From Candidatus Nomurabacteria bacterium (lineage in GTDB: Bacteria; Patescibacteriota; Patescibacteriia; HK-STAS-PATE-3), in assembly GCA_023898465.1 (NCBI GenBank), contig CP060223.1:672001-736000 (forward strand): a DNA stretch of 64,000 nucleotides, read 5' to 3'. Shown one piece after another: positions 49,160 through 58,736 of this stretch. Within the stretch, counting starts at the first letter, position 1. Each line of letters begins with the position of its first letter. The translations under genes and the position numbers were made by a program. A model generated the notes under the pieces. That model saw nothing but the letters and a program-made list of their open reading frames with translations. It was not told the DNA's origin and searched no databases.

Positions 49160-49205
49160 TATTATTGTACCTGAAACGTTCCTTCCCCTATCATAGGAGG
49201 ACTCC

Positions 49206-49358
49206 ATGCAGAAGAAGCTGCACTTCGTTGGCGAGCAACTGCTCGAAGTCGGTCGAGACATTCTCGGCCTTCCCCGTGGCTACGTCGTTGACGGCGAGCC
49301 TGGGGAACGACCGCCGACGCATCTGCGCACGGCACTCAAGGGCCTCTTCACCCGCTAG
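49206..49358 (+). CDS. Unannotated 50-aa ORF with strong SD (AGGAGG-6nt-ATG)
   Basis: Product MQKKLHFVGEQLLEVGRDILGLPRGYVVDGEPGERPPTHLRTALKGLFTR. Below the track's length cut-off; GC-rich; its own terminator at 49380..49416. Confidence 0.45.
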   Translation: MQKKLHFVGEQLLEVGRDILGLPRGYVVDGEPGERPPTHLRTALKGLFTR

Positions 49359-49379
49359 ACCTCGCACTTTCCTCAAACC

Positions 49380-49416
49380 GACGGCTGCACTACACGTGTG
49401 GCCGTCTTTCTTTATC
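49380..49416 (+). terminator. Rho-independent terminator after the 50-aa ORF
   Basis: GACGGC…GCCGTC stem followed by TTTCTTTATC. Confidence 0.45.
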
Positions 49417-49445
49417 AAAACACCGCCCAAGCTCAAGGCTTGGGC
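49414..49445 (-). terminator. Rho-independent terminator after ileS
   Basis: Minus: GCCCAAGC-CTTGA-GCTTGGGC followed by GGTGTTTTGAT; a third hairpin (49462..49490) lies between it and the ileS stop. Confidence 0.55.
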
Positions 49446-49508
49446 TACGTATTGTCTTTCTAGGCCTCGCAGCCAAGGCATTGAGCCTTGCTGCATTGTA
49501 TTCAAAGG

Positions 49509-52382
49509 CTACACCTTTAATACAAGCACATTTACTCCTTGCTCATCCAACTTCACTTCTTTCCCATTCTCTAGCTGATCAACTGCCTCCAGTTTCTCAG
49601 CCAGCACAGCAGACTTTAACTCATCAGCGTAACGATCAAATAAACCTCGCACAGTCCCATCCTCAGTGTGATACTGCACGCTGATTTTGTCAGTGCGGTC
49701 CAGACCCATCTTCTTCCGCTCGTCATTTATTTGTCGGGCCAGTTCGCGCACCCAACCAGCTTCCCGGAGCTCGTCTGTGATCGTGGTGTCCAGCGCCACC
49801 TGCAAACCATTATTATCCTTTTGCTTCCAGTCGTCGTCACTCGGTAAAGAGGATTTGTAAAGCACTTCGCGGACATTCACCTCATCTTGAATCAGCTCAG
49901 TAAACTCGGGTTGCAGTTGCTCACCTTTGACCACAACTTGACCCAAAGGCTGACGAACCTTTACTCCGGCTTCAGCCCGAAGCGCGTGAGCCGTCTCTAC
50001 AATCGCACGAACTTGCTGCATGGATTTCAAAACTGCCTCGTCAATGTCTGACTTTGTCTCAGGCCAACTTACCAAGTGCACGCTTTCCTCCGGCCCATCA
50101 ATGTCACTATAAAACGCGTCAGCTAACATAGGCGAGAAGGGCGCCAGTAAAACACAGACTCGCTCGAGTACAGTGTACAACATCGCCCGAGCAGCTTCTT
50201 TATCCGGACCATCTTCTCGGAAGCGATCCCGGCTCCGACGCACATACCACGTAGACAGCTCAGTAATAAAATCCGCGATGGCCCGACTGGCTGTAGTGAT
50301 ATCATAGGCTTCCAGTGAAGCAGTCACTTTCCCAGTCACTTGCTCCAAGTTAGCCATCACCCAACGGTCCAGCACATGCTGAGGCGACGCAGACGGTTCA
50401 GGCCGCTTGTCAGTATGCAGCGAATAAAAGGACACGACATTTGCGAAAATACGAAAGACTTTTTTCGACACTTCATCCGTCCCCTTCTTGTCATACAGTT
50501 TATAGTCTCCGGGTTGGTTCATGCTAAAGAATTGGAAACGGAGCACGTCCGCGCCAAACTCATCAATCACTTCCCACGGATCAACCACGTTCCCAATGTG
50601 CTTGGACATTTTCCGGCCTTTGGCATCAAGAATATGACTCAAGCAAATCACGTTCTTATACGGCGCTTCTTTGCCTAAAACCGTGGCCACAGCTAAGAGG
50701 GTATAAAACCAACCGCGAGTTTGATCTATGGCTTCGGAAATGTAATCAGCCGGATAGCTTACGCCTTCGTCAATGCGTTTTTTCCCGTCATCAGTGTGCG
50801 GATAATACCATTGGGCAAAAGGCATCGAGCCTGAGTCAAACCATACATCGCAAACATCTTGCACCCGGCGATATTCTTTCCCGTCTTTCACTAGCACCAC
50901 ATCGTCAACAAAAGGCCGATGCGGATCAAAATCATCACCAACTTGCTTCGGGTCTTTAGCGAGCTCGCGCAGTTCAGCAAATGAACCAATGCAGATCCGA
51001 TCACCATCTTCCGATTCCCAAATCGGCAACGGTGTGCCCCAATAACGTTCGCGAGAAAAAGCCCAGTCCTTTACTTCATTAAGCCACTCGCCCATTCGGC
51101 CTTCCTTAATATGCCCCGGCACCCAATTAATACTCTCGTTATTCTTTTTCAGTTCTTCGCGTAAGCTGGACATCCGTACAAACCAGGATGACTTCGCGTA
51201 ATAGAGCAAAGGGTTATGACAACGCCAGCAGTGCGGATACTCGTGTTCGTATTGCTCTTGCTGCAACAGCTGATTGTTTGATTGGAGATGCTCGAGAATC
51301 TTGTCCTCGGTTTCTTTAGCTTTGACATAGAGACCAGCTAAGTCCGGCACCTCGTCAGTGAAATGTCCGTCCGTGGTAACCGTATGATGCTTGGGCAGTC
51401 CGATTTCTGTGCCCAGGTTATAGTCATCTTCTCCGTACATGACTGCGGTGTGGACCACGCCAGTTCCATCTTCGGTGGTAACGAAGTTTGCCTCATATAT
51501 ATGATAGGCCTTGTCACTCTCAGTAAAGGTCTTAATTGAGAATAAGGGCTTATATGCTTTCCCAACTAAGTCAGACCCTTTCATGGTTTCCACCACTTCA
51601 GGTTGCTCATCAAAAATCTCTACGCGGTTTTTGGCTAAGATGTAATGCTCGTCTTGTACTTTTACTTTTACGTAGTCAATATCTGCACCAACTGCCAACG
51701 CTAAGTTACCAGGCAGCGTCCACGGTGTGGTGGTCCAAGCCAACACAAAAGTTCCTGGCTCATCTACTAACTCAAGCTTCATATACACCGATGTGTCTTT
51801 CACTGTCTCATAGCCTTGCGCAACTTCATGCGACGACAACGCAGTTCCACAGCGCGGACAGTGCGGCACAACTTTATGACCAGTGTAGAGTAATTCTTTT
51901 TCCCACATCTGCTGAATAATCCACCAAAGTGACTCGACATACTTTGGATCATAGGTAACGTAGGGATGTTCCAGGTCTAACCAAAAACCAATTCGTTGCG
52001 TCAGTCTCTCCCACTCCTCTTGGTATTTCCATACGCTTTTACGGCAGGCTTCATTGAACTTGGCAATTCCATAGGCCTCAATGTCTTTTTTGCTTTTCAG
52101 GCCTAAGTCTTTTTCTACCAGCAGCTCCACTGGCAGACCGTGTGTATCCCAACCAGCTTTCCGTTCCACGTAAAAACCCTGCATGGTTTTGAAACGCGGG
52201 ATAATATCTTTAAAAGCACGGGCCAGAATGTGATGAATGCCAGGTCGGCCATTCGCTGTGGGCGGGCCTTCGTAAAACACAAAACGCGGACCGTCTTTTG
52301 TCCGCTCTAAGGTTTTCTCAAACACTTTGTCTTTGGCCCAGCGTTCGAGGACTGCTTGTTCGCGTTCGGGAAAGGATTGCAT
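49509..52382 (-). CDS. ileS: Isoleucine--tRNA ligase, type 2 (eukaryote/archaea-like)
   Basis: 957 aa; …PPTANGRPGIHHILARAFKD… (HIGH-type) followed by GWDTHGLPVE, characteristic of IleRS rather than ValRS/LeuRS; KMSKS motif as KMSKHIGN; CP1 editing domain; zinc-binding Cys pairs. Confidence 0.8.
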   Translation of the reverse strand: MQSFPEREQAVLERWAKDKVFEKTLERTKDGPRFVFYEGPPTANGRPGIHHILARAFKDIIPRFKTMQGFYVERKAGWDTHGLPVELLVEKDLGLKSKKDIEAYGIAKFNEACRKSVWKYQEEWERLTQRIGFWLDLEHPYVTYDPKYVESLWWIIQQMWEKELLYTGHKVVPHCPRCGTALSSHEVAQGYETVKDTSVYMKLELVDEPGTFVLAWTTTPWTLPGNLALAVGADIDYVKVKVQDEHYILAKNRVEIFDEQPEVVETMKGSDLVGKAYKPLFSIKTFTESDKAYHIYEANFVTTEDGTGVVHTAVMYGEDDYNLGTEIGLPKHHTVTTDGHFTDEVPDLAGLYVKAKETEDKILEHLQSNNQLLQQEQYEHEYPHCWRCHNPLLYYAKSSWFVRMSSLREELKKNNESINWVPGHIKEGRMGEWLNEVKDWAFSRERYWGTPLPIWESEDGDRICIGSFAELRELAKDPKQVGDDFDPHRPFVDDVVLVKDGKEYRRVQDVCDVWFDSGSMPFAQWYYPHTDDGKKRIDEGVSYPADYISEAIDQTRGWFYTLLAVATVLGKEAPYKNVICLSHILDAKGRKMSKHIGNVVDPWEVIDEFGADVLRFQFFSMNQPGDYKLYDKKGTDEVSKKVFRIFANVVSFYSLHTDKRPEPSASPQHVLDRWVMANLEQVTGKVTASLEAYDITTASRAIADFITELSTWYVRRSRDRFREDGPDKEAARAMLYTVLERVCVLLAPFSPMLADAFYSDIDGPEESVHLVSWPETKSDIDEAVLKSMQQVRAIVETAHALRAEAGVKVRQPLGQVVVKGEQLQPEFTELIQDEVNVREVLYKSSLPSDDDWKQKDNNGLQVALDTTITDELREAGWVRELARQINDERKKMGLDRTDKISVQYHTEDGTVRGLFDRYADELKSAVLAEKLEAVDQLENGKEVKLDEQGVNVLVLKV

Positions 52383-52534
52383 GTCAGGAATTCAATTCAG
52401 TACGCCTACTATAGAAGATTCAGGCCGGCTTCGCAAGGCCTAAGCATTGACAAAAAGCCCAAATTGACATACATTGCCTTGTTCATTTTCGCACCTTCCA
52501 TCCTAAGGCTCTCGAGTAGAAAGGAAGCGAACTC

Positions 52535-53047
52535 GTGACAGATGCACCTCATCCCCATTCAGAATCCCCAGATGATCCTCACTTCTGGATCAAGTTCTAC
52601 CCCCACCTCTCAGGCGCAGTCCAGTCTGTCTTGGAGCGAGTCTACCAACTCGGTCTGCCGCAACACCCAGGCATCATCCACGTTCTGTTCGTACACCGTG
52701 GTCAAGACCAGCCTCAGATCACCACGTTTCCAGGGCGGCGCCAAATCGATCTTCGGGTCGGCATGACCCTTCCGCCTTGTCGGGACGCTTTGAAGTCCGA
52801 CCCAGACAGGAAGTGGGCTACCAACATGTGGGACGGCGACCCCGAAGGCAAAATCGGTGCCGCAGCTCTCCGCATCACTCCGGCTGGCCACATCCTCGGT
52901 ATCGTAGGCGAGCATCTGATTCTTGAACACGCGCTGGCCATTCTCTACCTGGCGCTGGCTCGCAGCGGCTTGATCAGCGCTGACGAACTGACCAAGCTCG
53001 AAGTCGACGGCAACCTTACCTACATGGTCTTGCGCGCTCGTGACTAG
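52535..53047 (+). CDS. Hypothetical protein (paralog A of a tandem pair), GTG start
   Basis: 170 aa; GTG at 52535 with AAGGAAG SD; possible TTGACA-17-TACATT promoter at about 52447-52475; GC-rich. Confidence 0.5.
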   Translation: MTDAPHPHSESPDDPHFWIKFYPHLSGAVQSVLERVYQLGLPQHPGIIHVLFVHRGQDQPQITTFPGRRQIDLRVGMTLPPCRDALKSDPDRKWATNMWDGDPEGKIGAAALRITPAGHILGIVGEHLILEHALAILYLALARSGLISADELTKLEVDGNLTYMVLRARD

Positions 53048-53209
53048 CACAAATCCTCCCAACAAGACTCCTCATGCCCTGGGGAGTCTTTCTTTATCCT
53101 CGACGGACTTCGTATATGTAATAAATTGACACCTGCACTACAAGCGCTATACTGCGACCACACTTTTTGCACCTTCCTACAAACCGCGCCTGAAGAAACC
53201 AAGGAGTAC

Positions 53210-53719
53210 CGGATGAAATCTGAAGGAAGCGCTGGTCTTTGGCGGCAACTTACTCCGGAGCTGCACAAGGCTATCGCGAGTATTCACATCTATGCTGAGG
53301 ATCGTGATAGCAGCGGACCTAAGCCTGAAGCATGCCTTCTTGGACTGTCCATAGATGGCACCGTAGTGTACGCTCATGCCTGGCCACCCCGTGGTCCCAT
53401 CTCGCCGAACATGACTACGCACCTCAATACTCTGTGCGCCGTCCTGGCAAGGCGTCGCAGTAAAGGTTTCGCAATCGAAGCGGTTGACGACCGCATCGAT
53501 GCCTACACCGTGGCCGCTGCAGTGCGCATCGCTGGCACCAGCATGATCATCGGCTGCATCGGCAAGAACTTCTATCCCGAGGGTGGGCTGACTGTCCTCC
53601 TCACCGGAATGAAGAACGCGGGGATCATCGATGCGGAGACAGCAAGTCAAATCGCCACACAAGCGAAGTGCCGCTGGTACTACGAGATCAACGAGCTTCC
53701 AATCCCGCGAAGGATATAG
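53210..53719 (+). CDS. Hypothetical protein (paralog B of the tandem pair)
   Basis: Start at MKSEGSAGL (ATG 53210) with AAGGAG SD; the C-terminal about 90 aa align by eye to paralog A (AAALRITPAGHILGIVGEH ~ AAAVRIAGTSMIIGCIGKN; LAILYLALARSGLISADELTKL ~ LTVLLTGMKNAGIIDAETASQI). Confidence 0.5.
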   Translation, partial: RMKSEGSAGLWRQLTPELHKAIASIHIYAEDRDSSGPKPEACLLGLSIDGTVVYAHAWPPRGPISPNMTTHLNTLCAVLARRRSKGFAIEAVDDRIDAYTVAAAVRIAGTSMIIGCIGKNFYPEGGLTVLLTGMKNAGIIDAETASQIATQAKCRWYYEINELPIPRRI

Positions 53720-53760
53720 GAAGCACCTAAAGACTCCTCAACTCTGAGGGGTCTTTCTCT

Positions 53761-54900
53761 TTATTGCGCTCGGCGAATTTTTTCGTACACTGCAATTGTT
53801 CGCAGAGCTACTTTATCCCAACTGAAACGTCGCGCTTGCTCTAAACCTTGCTGACTTAAACGCTGGCGCAGATTATCGTCAAAGGCGAGTCGAGCTAAGC
53901 CATTGGCGATTGCATTCACTTCCTCGGGATCAACCAGATAGGCTGCCCCGCCGGTGATTTCTGGAAGCGAGGAAATATCGCTGGTCAAAACTGGAGTCCC
54001 CAACGCCATGGCCTCGATGACTGGCAAACCAAAACCTTCATAGAGTGAAGGAAACACAAAGGCTCGCGCGTGACGAATGAGCTCCAGTTTTTCATTCTTA
54101 CTAATGTAGCCAAGGTAATGCACATTGTCCTGAATTCCCTCTTGCTCGAGCGCGGCAAACACCTCGGCCGACTGCCAACCCTTTTTCCCAGCTAAGACAA
54201 GTGGAATGTTATGGAAGCGCACATCTTGGCGAAGGGCTTGTGCATAGGCACGAATGAGACGCGGCAAATTTTTTCGTGGCTCTAGGGTACCGACAAAGCA
54301 GAGGTAGTCGTCAGGCAGATTGAAACGTTCACGCGGATCAGGTTGTGGCTCCCCCGGATTAGGTCGGACATCAACTCCTTCATAAATGACACTGATCTTT
54401 TCACTTGGGACTTTAAAGAGCTCACGGAGATCCTCAGCCGTGCTCTCTGATACCGCAATAATTCGCTCAGCTCGAGTCAGTGATTTGGGAACCAGCAGCT
54501 TGGTAGAAAAAATTTGCCGCGGAAACCACGAGGGGTTTTTGTAAATCGCTAAGTCGTGAATAGTCACTACAGCTGGGCCGGTATACCCGAGTGGAATAAT
54601 ATTAGCCGGTGCGTGAAAAAGATCTAGGCGCTCCGTTTGCATTGCCCGAGCAGTTAAAACATGTGAATACGCAAAAGGCAAATAGCGACGACGCTCGGAA
54701 AATGGAAAATACTTTGGGGTCGCATTGTCGCGCCGGAAAGGACGTAAATCCTTCATGCTGGAGTCAAAAAACAGGACATACTCGTTCCGCTTGTCCTGCT
54801 GCAGCAAGTTCTTAATCAAAAAATAGGTGTAGTGGCCTACCCCGGCACCCTCGCCAACGCTTGGGTTAAGGATTGTGCGGCAGTCAATTCCGATGCGCAT
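53761..54900 (-). CDS. GT4-family glycosyltransferase (GT-B fold)
   Basis: 379 aa; C-terminal …EGFGLPVIEAMALGTPVLTSD… E-x7-E type motif. Confidence 0.85.
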   Translation of the reverse strand: MRIGIDCRTILNPSVGEGAGVGHYTYFLIKNLLQQDKRNEYVLFFDSSMKDLRPFRRDNATPKYFPFSERRRYLPFAYSHVLTARAMQTERLDLFHAPANIIPLGYTGPAVVTIHDLAIYKNPSWFPRQIFSTKLLVPKSLTRAERIIAVSESTAEDLRELFKVPSEKISVIYEGVDVRPNPGEPQPDPRERFNLPDDYLCFVGTLEPRKNLPRLIRAYAQALRQDVRFHNIPLVLAGKKGWQSAEVFAALEQEGIQDNVHYLGYISKNEKLELIRHARAFVFPSLYEGFGLPVIEAMALGTPVLTSDISSLPEITGGAAYLVDPEEVNAIANGLARLAFDDNLRQRLSQQGLEQARRFSWDKVALRTIAVYEKIRRAQ

Positions 54901-54919
54901 AAATGCGGGTCCTCCGTTC

Positions 54920-56584
54920 TCATGATGCCTGCTCCTCTGTTCGTTCCATTTTCTCTGGTGCGTGAATTCCCATAAGTGCTAATGTCTTTTGTAGCACAAG
55001 CTTGGACGCCTGGCAAAGTTCATACGCTGGCAAAGAAACCTGCTCGTTATCAATCACGCGCACTTTGGTATAAAAATTGTGAAAAGCCGTAGCTAAAGAC
55101 ATGGCGTATTGCGGCAACTCATGCACGCTGGAGCGACGTGCTACCTGCGCCACCAGCTCGGGGAAACGGAGTAACTGCTTTACTAATTCATCGGCGCTTG
55201 GCTCTTGTAAGGCAGCCTTGGTGGTCTTCCCTTTTTTGACCAGCGGATCAGCCTTACGCAAAATGCTGGCAATGCGAGCATGCGCATACTGCACATAGTA
55301 CACGGGGTTCTTGTCGGACTGCTCGCGGGCCAGATTCAAATCAAAATCCATATGCGTATTCATGCCTGACATGAGGAAGAAGAAGCGCGCCGCATCAATG
55401 CCCACATCCTTAATCAATTCATCAATGGTGACAAAGGTGCCACTGCGCTTGGACATGCGCACCTCTTTACCATCTTCCATTAGGCGAACGAGCTGGAAAA
55501 TGTGAATAGTCAGACGCCCTTCCCAACCCAAGGCCCGCATCGCTGCTTGCATGCGTCCTACATACCCATGATGATCAGCACCCAGGAGGAGTATGGCGCG
55601 CGGGTAACGTCGTACCGCAAACTTATCAAAGAGATAGGCCAGGTCAGACAGGAAGTAAGTTTTTTCGCCATCACTCTTCTTAATTGCTCTATCTTTATCA
55701 TCGCCAAAAGCTGTGGTGCGCATCCACAGCGCGCCATCTTTTTCATACAGCAGTTCGCGCGCTTCCAGCATGCGTAGGACCCGGTCAGTTAATTTCTTTG
55801 TGTGCAATTCTGACTCAAAAAAGAAATTATCAAAATCAATGCGCATCACTTTACTCAGTGTCTGCTTAATCTGCTTCATCATGGCGCGCAAAGCCTGACC
55901 GCGTAGTTTTTTCTTTGCTCGGTCAATGTACTGAATCTGCACGCCAGAAAAATCCAGCGTCTTGGCTAATTCCTTCACATACTCACCCTGGTAGCAGGTG
56001 TCAGGATACGGGACCGGGATACCCTGCTCCTGGAAGTAACGGCGAATGATTGATTCAGCTAAAGTATCAACCTGCTTCCCAATGTCATTTACATAGTACT
56101 CTCGATACACACGATAGCCGGCCATCTCCAACACATTTCCCAAGGTGTCGCCTGTAAAACCTCCACGGCCGTTTCCTAAATGCAGCGGACCAGTCGGGTT
56201 AGCTGAAATAAACTCCAAATGCACGCGCTCACCTTGTCCCACTTCGAGGTGTCCATAGTGATTGCCGCTAAGGAGAATGCGCTTCGCTTGCTTCCGGAGC
56301 CAGTCTGTCTTCAGGTAGATATTAATGAAGCCCGGCGGCACCACATCAAGCTTGCCCACTGAGGCAAGTGGAATACCCGGAGCAATAATCTTCTGTGCAA
56401 TATCAACTGGTGCCATTTTTAAGCGAGCAGCCAATTGCATTGCAATGTTGCTGGAAAAATCGCCGTGTCGTGCATCTGCTGGCGGCTCAATCAGCACCTC
56501 GGGCAAATCGCCTTCTAATTCGGGCCAAACAGTCAAAATATTCTTGACCAGGCGCTTCCGTATCTGATCACTCAGTAATAACAT
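54920..56584 (-). CDS. argS: Arginine--tRNA ligase
   Basis: …SANPTGPLHLGNGRGGFTGDTLGNVL… (HIGH-type) and C-terminal DALR anticodon-binding domain; start chosen at MLLLSDQIRKRL (56584), alternative M1 at 56653. Confidence 0.88.
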   Translation of the reverse strand: MLLLSDQIRKRLVKNILTVWPELEGDLPEVLIEPPADARHGDFSSNIAMQLAARLKMAPVDIAQKIIAPGIPLASVGKLDVVPPGFINIYLKTDWLRKQAKRILLSGNHYGHLEVGQGERVHLEFISANPTGPLHLGNGRGGFTGDTLGNVLEMAGYRVYREYYVNDIGKQVDTLAESIIRRYFQEQGIPVPYPDTCYQGEYVKELAKTLDFSGVQIQYIDRAKKKLRGQALRAMMKQIKQTLSKVMRIDFDNFFFESELHTKKLTDRVLRMLEARELLYEKDGALWMRTTAFGDDKDRAIKKSDGEKTYFLSDLAYLFDKFAVRRYPRAILLLGADHHGYVGRMQAAMRALGWEGRLTIHIFQLVRLMEDGKEVRMSKRSGTFVTIDELIKDVGIDAARFFFLMSGMNTHMDFDLNLAREQSDKNPVYYVQYAHARIASILRKADPLVKKGKTTKAALQEPSADELVKQLLRFPELVAQVARRSSVHELPQYAMSLATAFHNFYTKVRVIDNEQVSLPAYELCQASKLVLQKTLALMGIHAPEKMERTEEQAS

Positions 56585-56760
56585 AGTGTTTCTAGTATAT
56601 AGAGAAAAGTCGCTCGGTGGAAGATGTGGGAAAAGAAAAAGCAGCTCTCGCATACACGAAAGCTGCTTGTAGTTGACGCCGGACGAGCAAATGCTAGTCT
56701 GGCCTTGGGGAAGCAGGAAGACCTAGGGCCGCAAAACCATTGGTCTCCTCCTTCTCTTTG

Positions 56761-58041
56761 CTACGAAGTAATCACTGCACCAAGCTGCAGACAATCGGTC
56801 GCACCATGCACGCTGCGATCCTGCCGAGCCGTCACCACAATGTCGGCAACTTCACGACCAGCAAAATGCACTGTCACCCGGGTGAACCACTCAGCACTCT
56901 GGCAAGCACCCGTGTCAGTGAAGTACTCAAAGCGCCGTGCACGATTCTGCACTTCTCGCTGCAACACCGCCCGACCCCGCGCCTTGACCGCCTTTGCCAA
57001 AGCTGCCGAGAAACGCGCATCACTGCTGAAGATGGTTCCTTTCATGCCGCTGGAAATTGACTCCTTCAGCACGAAATTCCCATCAGCACACAAGGCCTGC
57101 CAATACTCCGGTCGCTTGCTTTTGTCGACCAAGTAGGTCGGCGGGATGAAAGCGCGGATGCACTGGAGCGCTTCCGAGGAAATGAAAGCATGCAACATTG
57201 CCTCAAGCTGAGGATCAGCTTCATCATTCCGCAAGATGGCCATGACCGCCTTTGAGCCCAGGAAGGGCTTTGGTGGGAAAAGGAAGTCGAGGCGTCCACA
57301 CTCATACCCTTCACACAAAACCTGATTGAGCGCTTGGTTTTTGTACATGAAGGGAAAATCGAGTAAGGGTGCCAGCGACAAAGCATCGAGCAAGTGCGAT
57401 GTGTCGCCCGTACAGACAGCATCCAACTCGCTCATGAGCTGAAGATCGATACCAAGTCCCTTCAATTCATCCTGCAGGATGAGGAACTCCGGCCGATAGA
57501 AACGCTCTTGGTCTGCATAGAGTAAGATGGCCTGGTTCGTGCCCTTCGCCCGGATTGCTTCAGCCACTTTGACTGCCGCGCCCGGGAAACTCGCGTGGCC
57601 ATTCTGTGAAAGACGTCGTGTACGGGCTGCCAAGGTTGAGTAGCCGAGTCCATGTTTGTTGTGACCATCGATCTCAGCTATCCAGAGTCGCCCACTCGGA
57701 TCTTCCATGAAATCCACCTTGCACACTGCTGGTACTCGACCAGGCTCGCGCAGTTGAATCTCGTGATAGGCCGGCGGCACCCCGGTCTGTGACACACGCT
57801 TCAACATCCCCCAAGTTTTACCATGCACCAACTTGGGTTGTGCCGATGTCGCGACCATGCGCCCGATCCCAGACATACAGTCATACAGAGCCGGCGCCAA
57901 GGCTCGCAGATCTTCGGCCTGTTGAGCAGTCAACTCCAGCACACTGGGCGACAACACGAAACCATGCTGCCGACGAGACCCGTTCGTCCAGATACCAGAA
58001 GCTTCTACTACCTCCAGCACCTCTTGATACGATGGAGACAT
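56761..58041 (-). CDS. Hypothetical enzyme, possibly circularly-permuted ATP-grasp / glutathionylspermidine-synthase-like
   Basis: Start at MSPSYQEVLEVV (ATG 58041) with AAGGAGGAG SD; 426 aa; weak resemblance only (…FVLKESISSGMKGTIF…). Confidence 0.35.
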   Translation of the reverse strand: MSPSYQEVLEVVEASGIWTNGSRRQHGFVLSPSVLELTAQQAEDLRALAPALYDCMSGIGRMVATSAQPKLVHGKTWGMLKRVSQTGVPPAYHEIQLREPGRVPAVCKVDFMEDPSGRLWIAEIDGHNKHGLGYSTLAARTRRLSQNGHASFPGAAVKVAEAIRAKGTNQAILLYADQERFYRPEFLILQDELKGLGIDLQLMSELDAVCTGDTSHLLDALSLAPLLDFPFMYKNQALNQVLCEGYECGRLDFLFPPKPFLGSKAVMAILRNDEADPQLEAMLHAFISSEALQCIRAFIPPTYLVDKSKRPEYWQALCADGNFVLKESISSGMKGTIFSSDARFSAALAKAVKARGRAVLQREVQNRARRFEYFTDTGACQSAEWFTRVTVHFAGREVADIVVTARQDRSVHGATDCLQLGAVITS

Positions 58042-58081
58042 CTTCTCCTCCTTTGCTTCGTAGCGAATTGTGAATGAACAC

Positions 58082-58516
58082 CTAGGGCAGAATTTCGAGT
58101 ATGTCCTGCAACCTAGAGACAGTGAAGGTGGGTTGTTCTTCGGCACTACGAGGAAGTTCAGAGGCGAACTTTCCTTGTCGCACCCACACTGTCTGCAGAC
58201 CGAGACGATTTCCTAGCGCGATTTCTTTGCGCACCCGATCACCAATCACGAAACTATTTCCTATGGCACACCCTTTCACGATGCGCTGAAGCTCGCGTTG
58301 ACTCTTCCTCCGCGAAACAACTATTTCTGAGAAAAAGGAAGCCAAACCCAGTGAACGAATAAGCTCAGTCCGAGTCGGGATAGCTCGACTGAAAAGCGCT
58401 AAAGTATAGCGACGCTGTAGTCTTGCAAGTACTTCAAGGGCACCAGGCACCAAGGCGCCTTGCGCGGGATCGTACAAAGTACGATTGAAATCAAAAACGA
58501 TAACGTGTTGAGACAT
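58082..58516 (-). CDS. HAD-superfamily hydrolase (small, capless)
   Basis: Motif I VIVFDFNRTLYD (DxD), motif IV GD…; 144 aa. Confidence 0.7.
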   Translation of the reverse strand: MSQHVIVFDFNRTLYDPAQGALVPGALEVLARLQRRYTLALFSRAIPTRTELIRSLGLASFFSEIVVSRRKSQRELQRIVKGCAIGNSFVIGDRVRKEIALGNRLGLQTVWVRQGKFASELPRSAEEQPTFTVSRLQDILEILP

Positions 58517-58695
58517 ACAAAAACACCGACCCTCGCGGGTCAGCTGTGATGAACGTTACTTGAGTAAAAAACTACTTACACGTCAACAGCAACTGTGCCG
58601 CGAGGCCAGCTTTGCTAAACCAGAAATAATGGTTGTGCTGTTGAAGATTGTTCATTGCTGCCTAGTCTAACTGAGTAAATGGTCCTGTCAAGCCC

Positions 58696-58736
58696 TAAAG
58701 GAAAAGACGGCTCACTGCTTAGGCAGAAAGCCGTCG
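58696..58736 (-). terminator. Rho-independent terminator overlapping the stop of 58719..59162
   Basis: Minus: GACGGCTTTCTGCC-TAAG-CAGTGAGCCGTC followed by TTTTCCTTT. Confidence 0.5.

Noticed and set aside
49150-49578. 142-aa plus ORF spanning the promoter, the small ORF region and the ileS 3' hairpins
   Set aside because: It starts upstream of the predicted transcription start, has no SD, and runs through three terminator hairpins; the SD-supported 50-aa frame (49206..49358) is a different frame.
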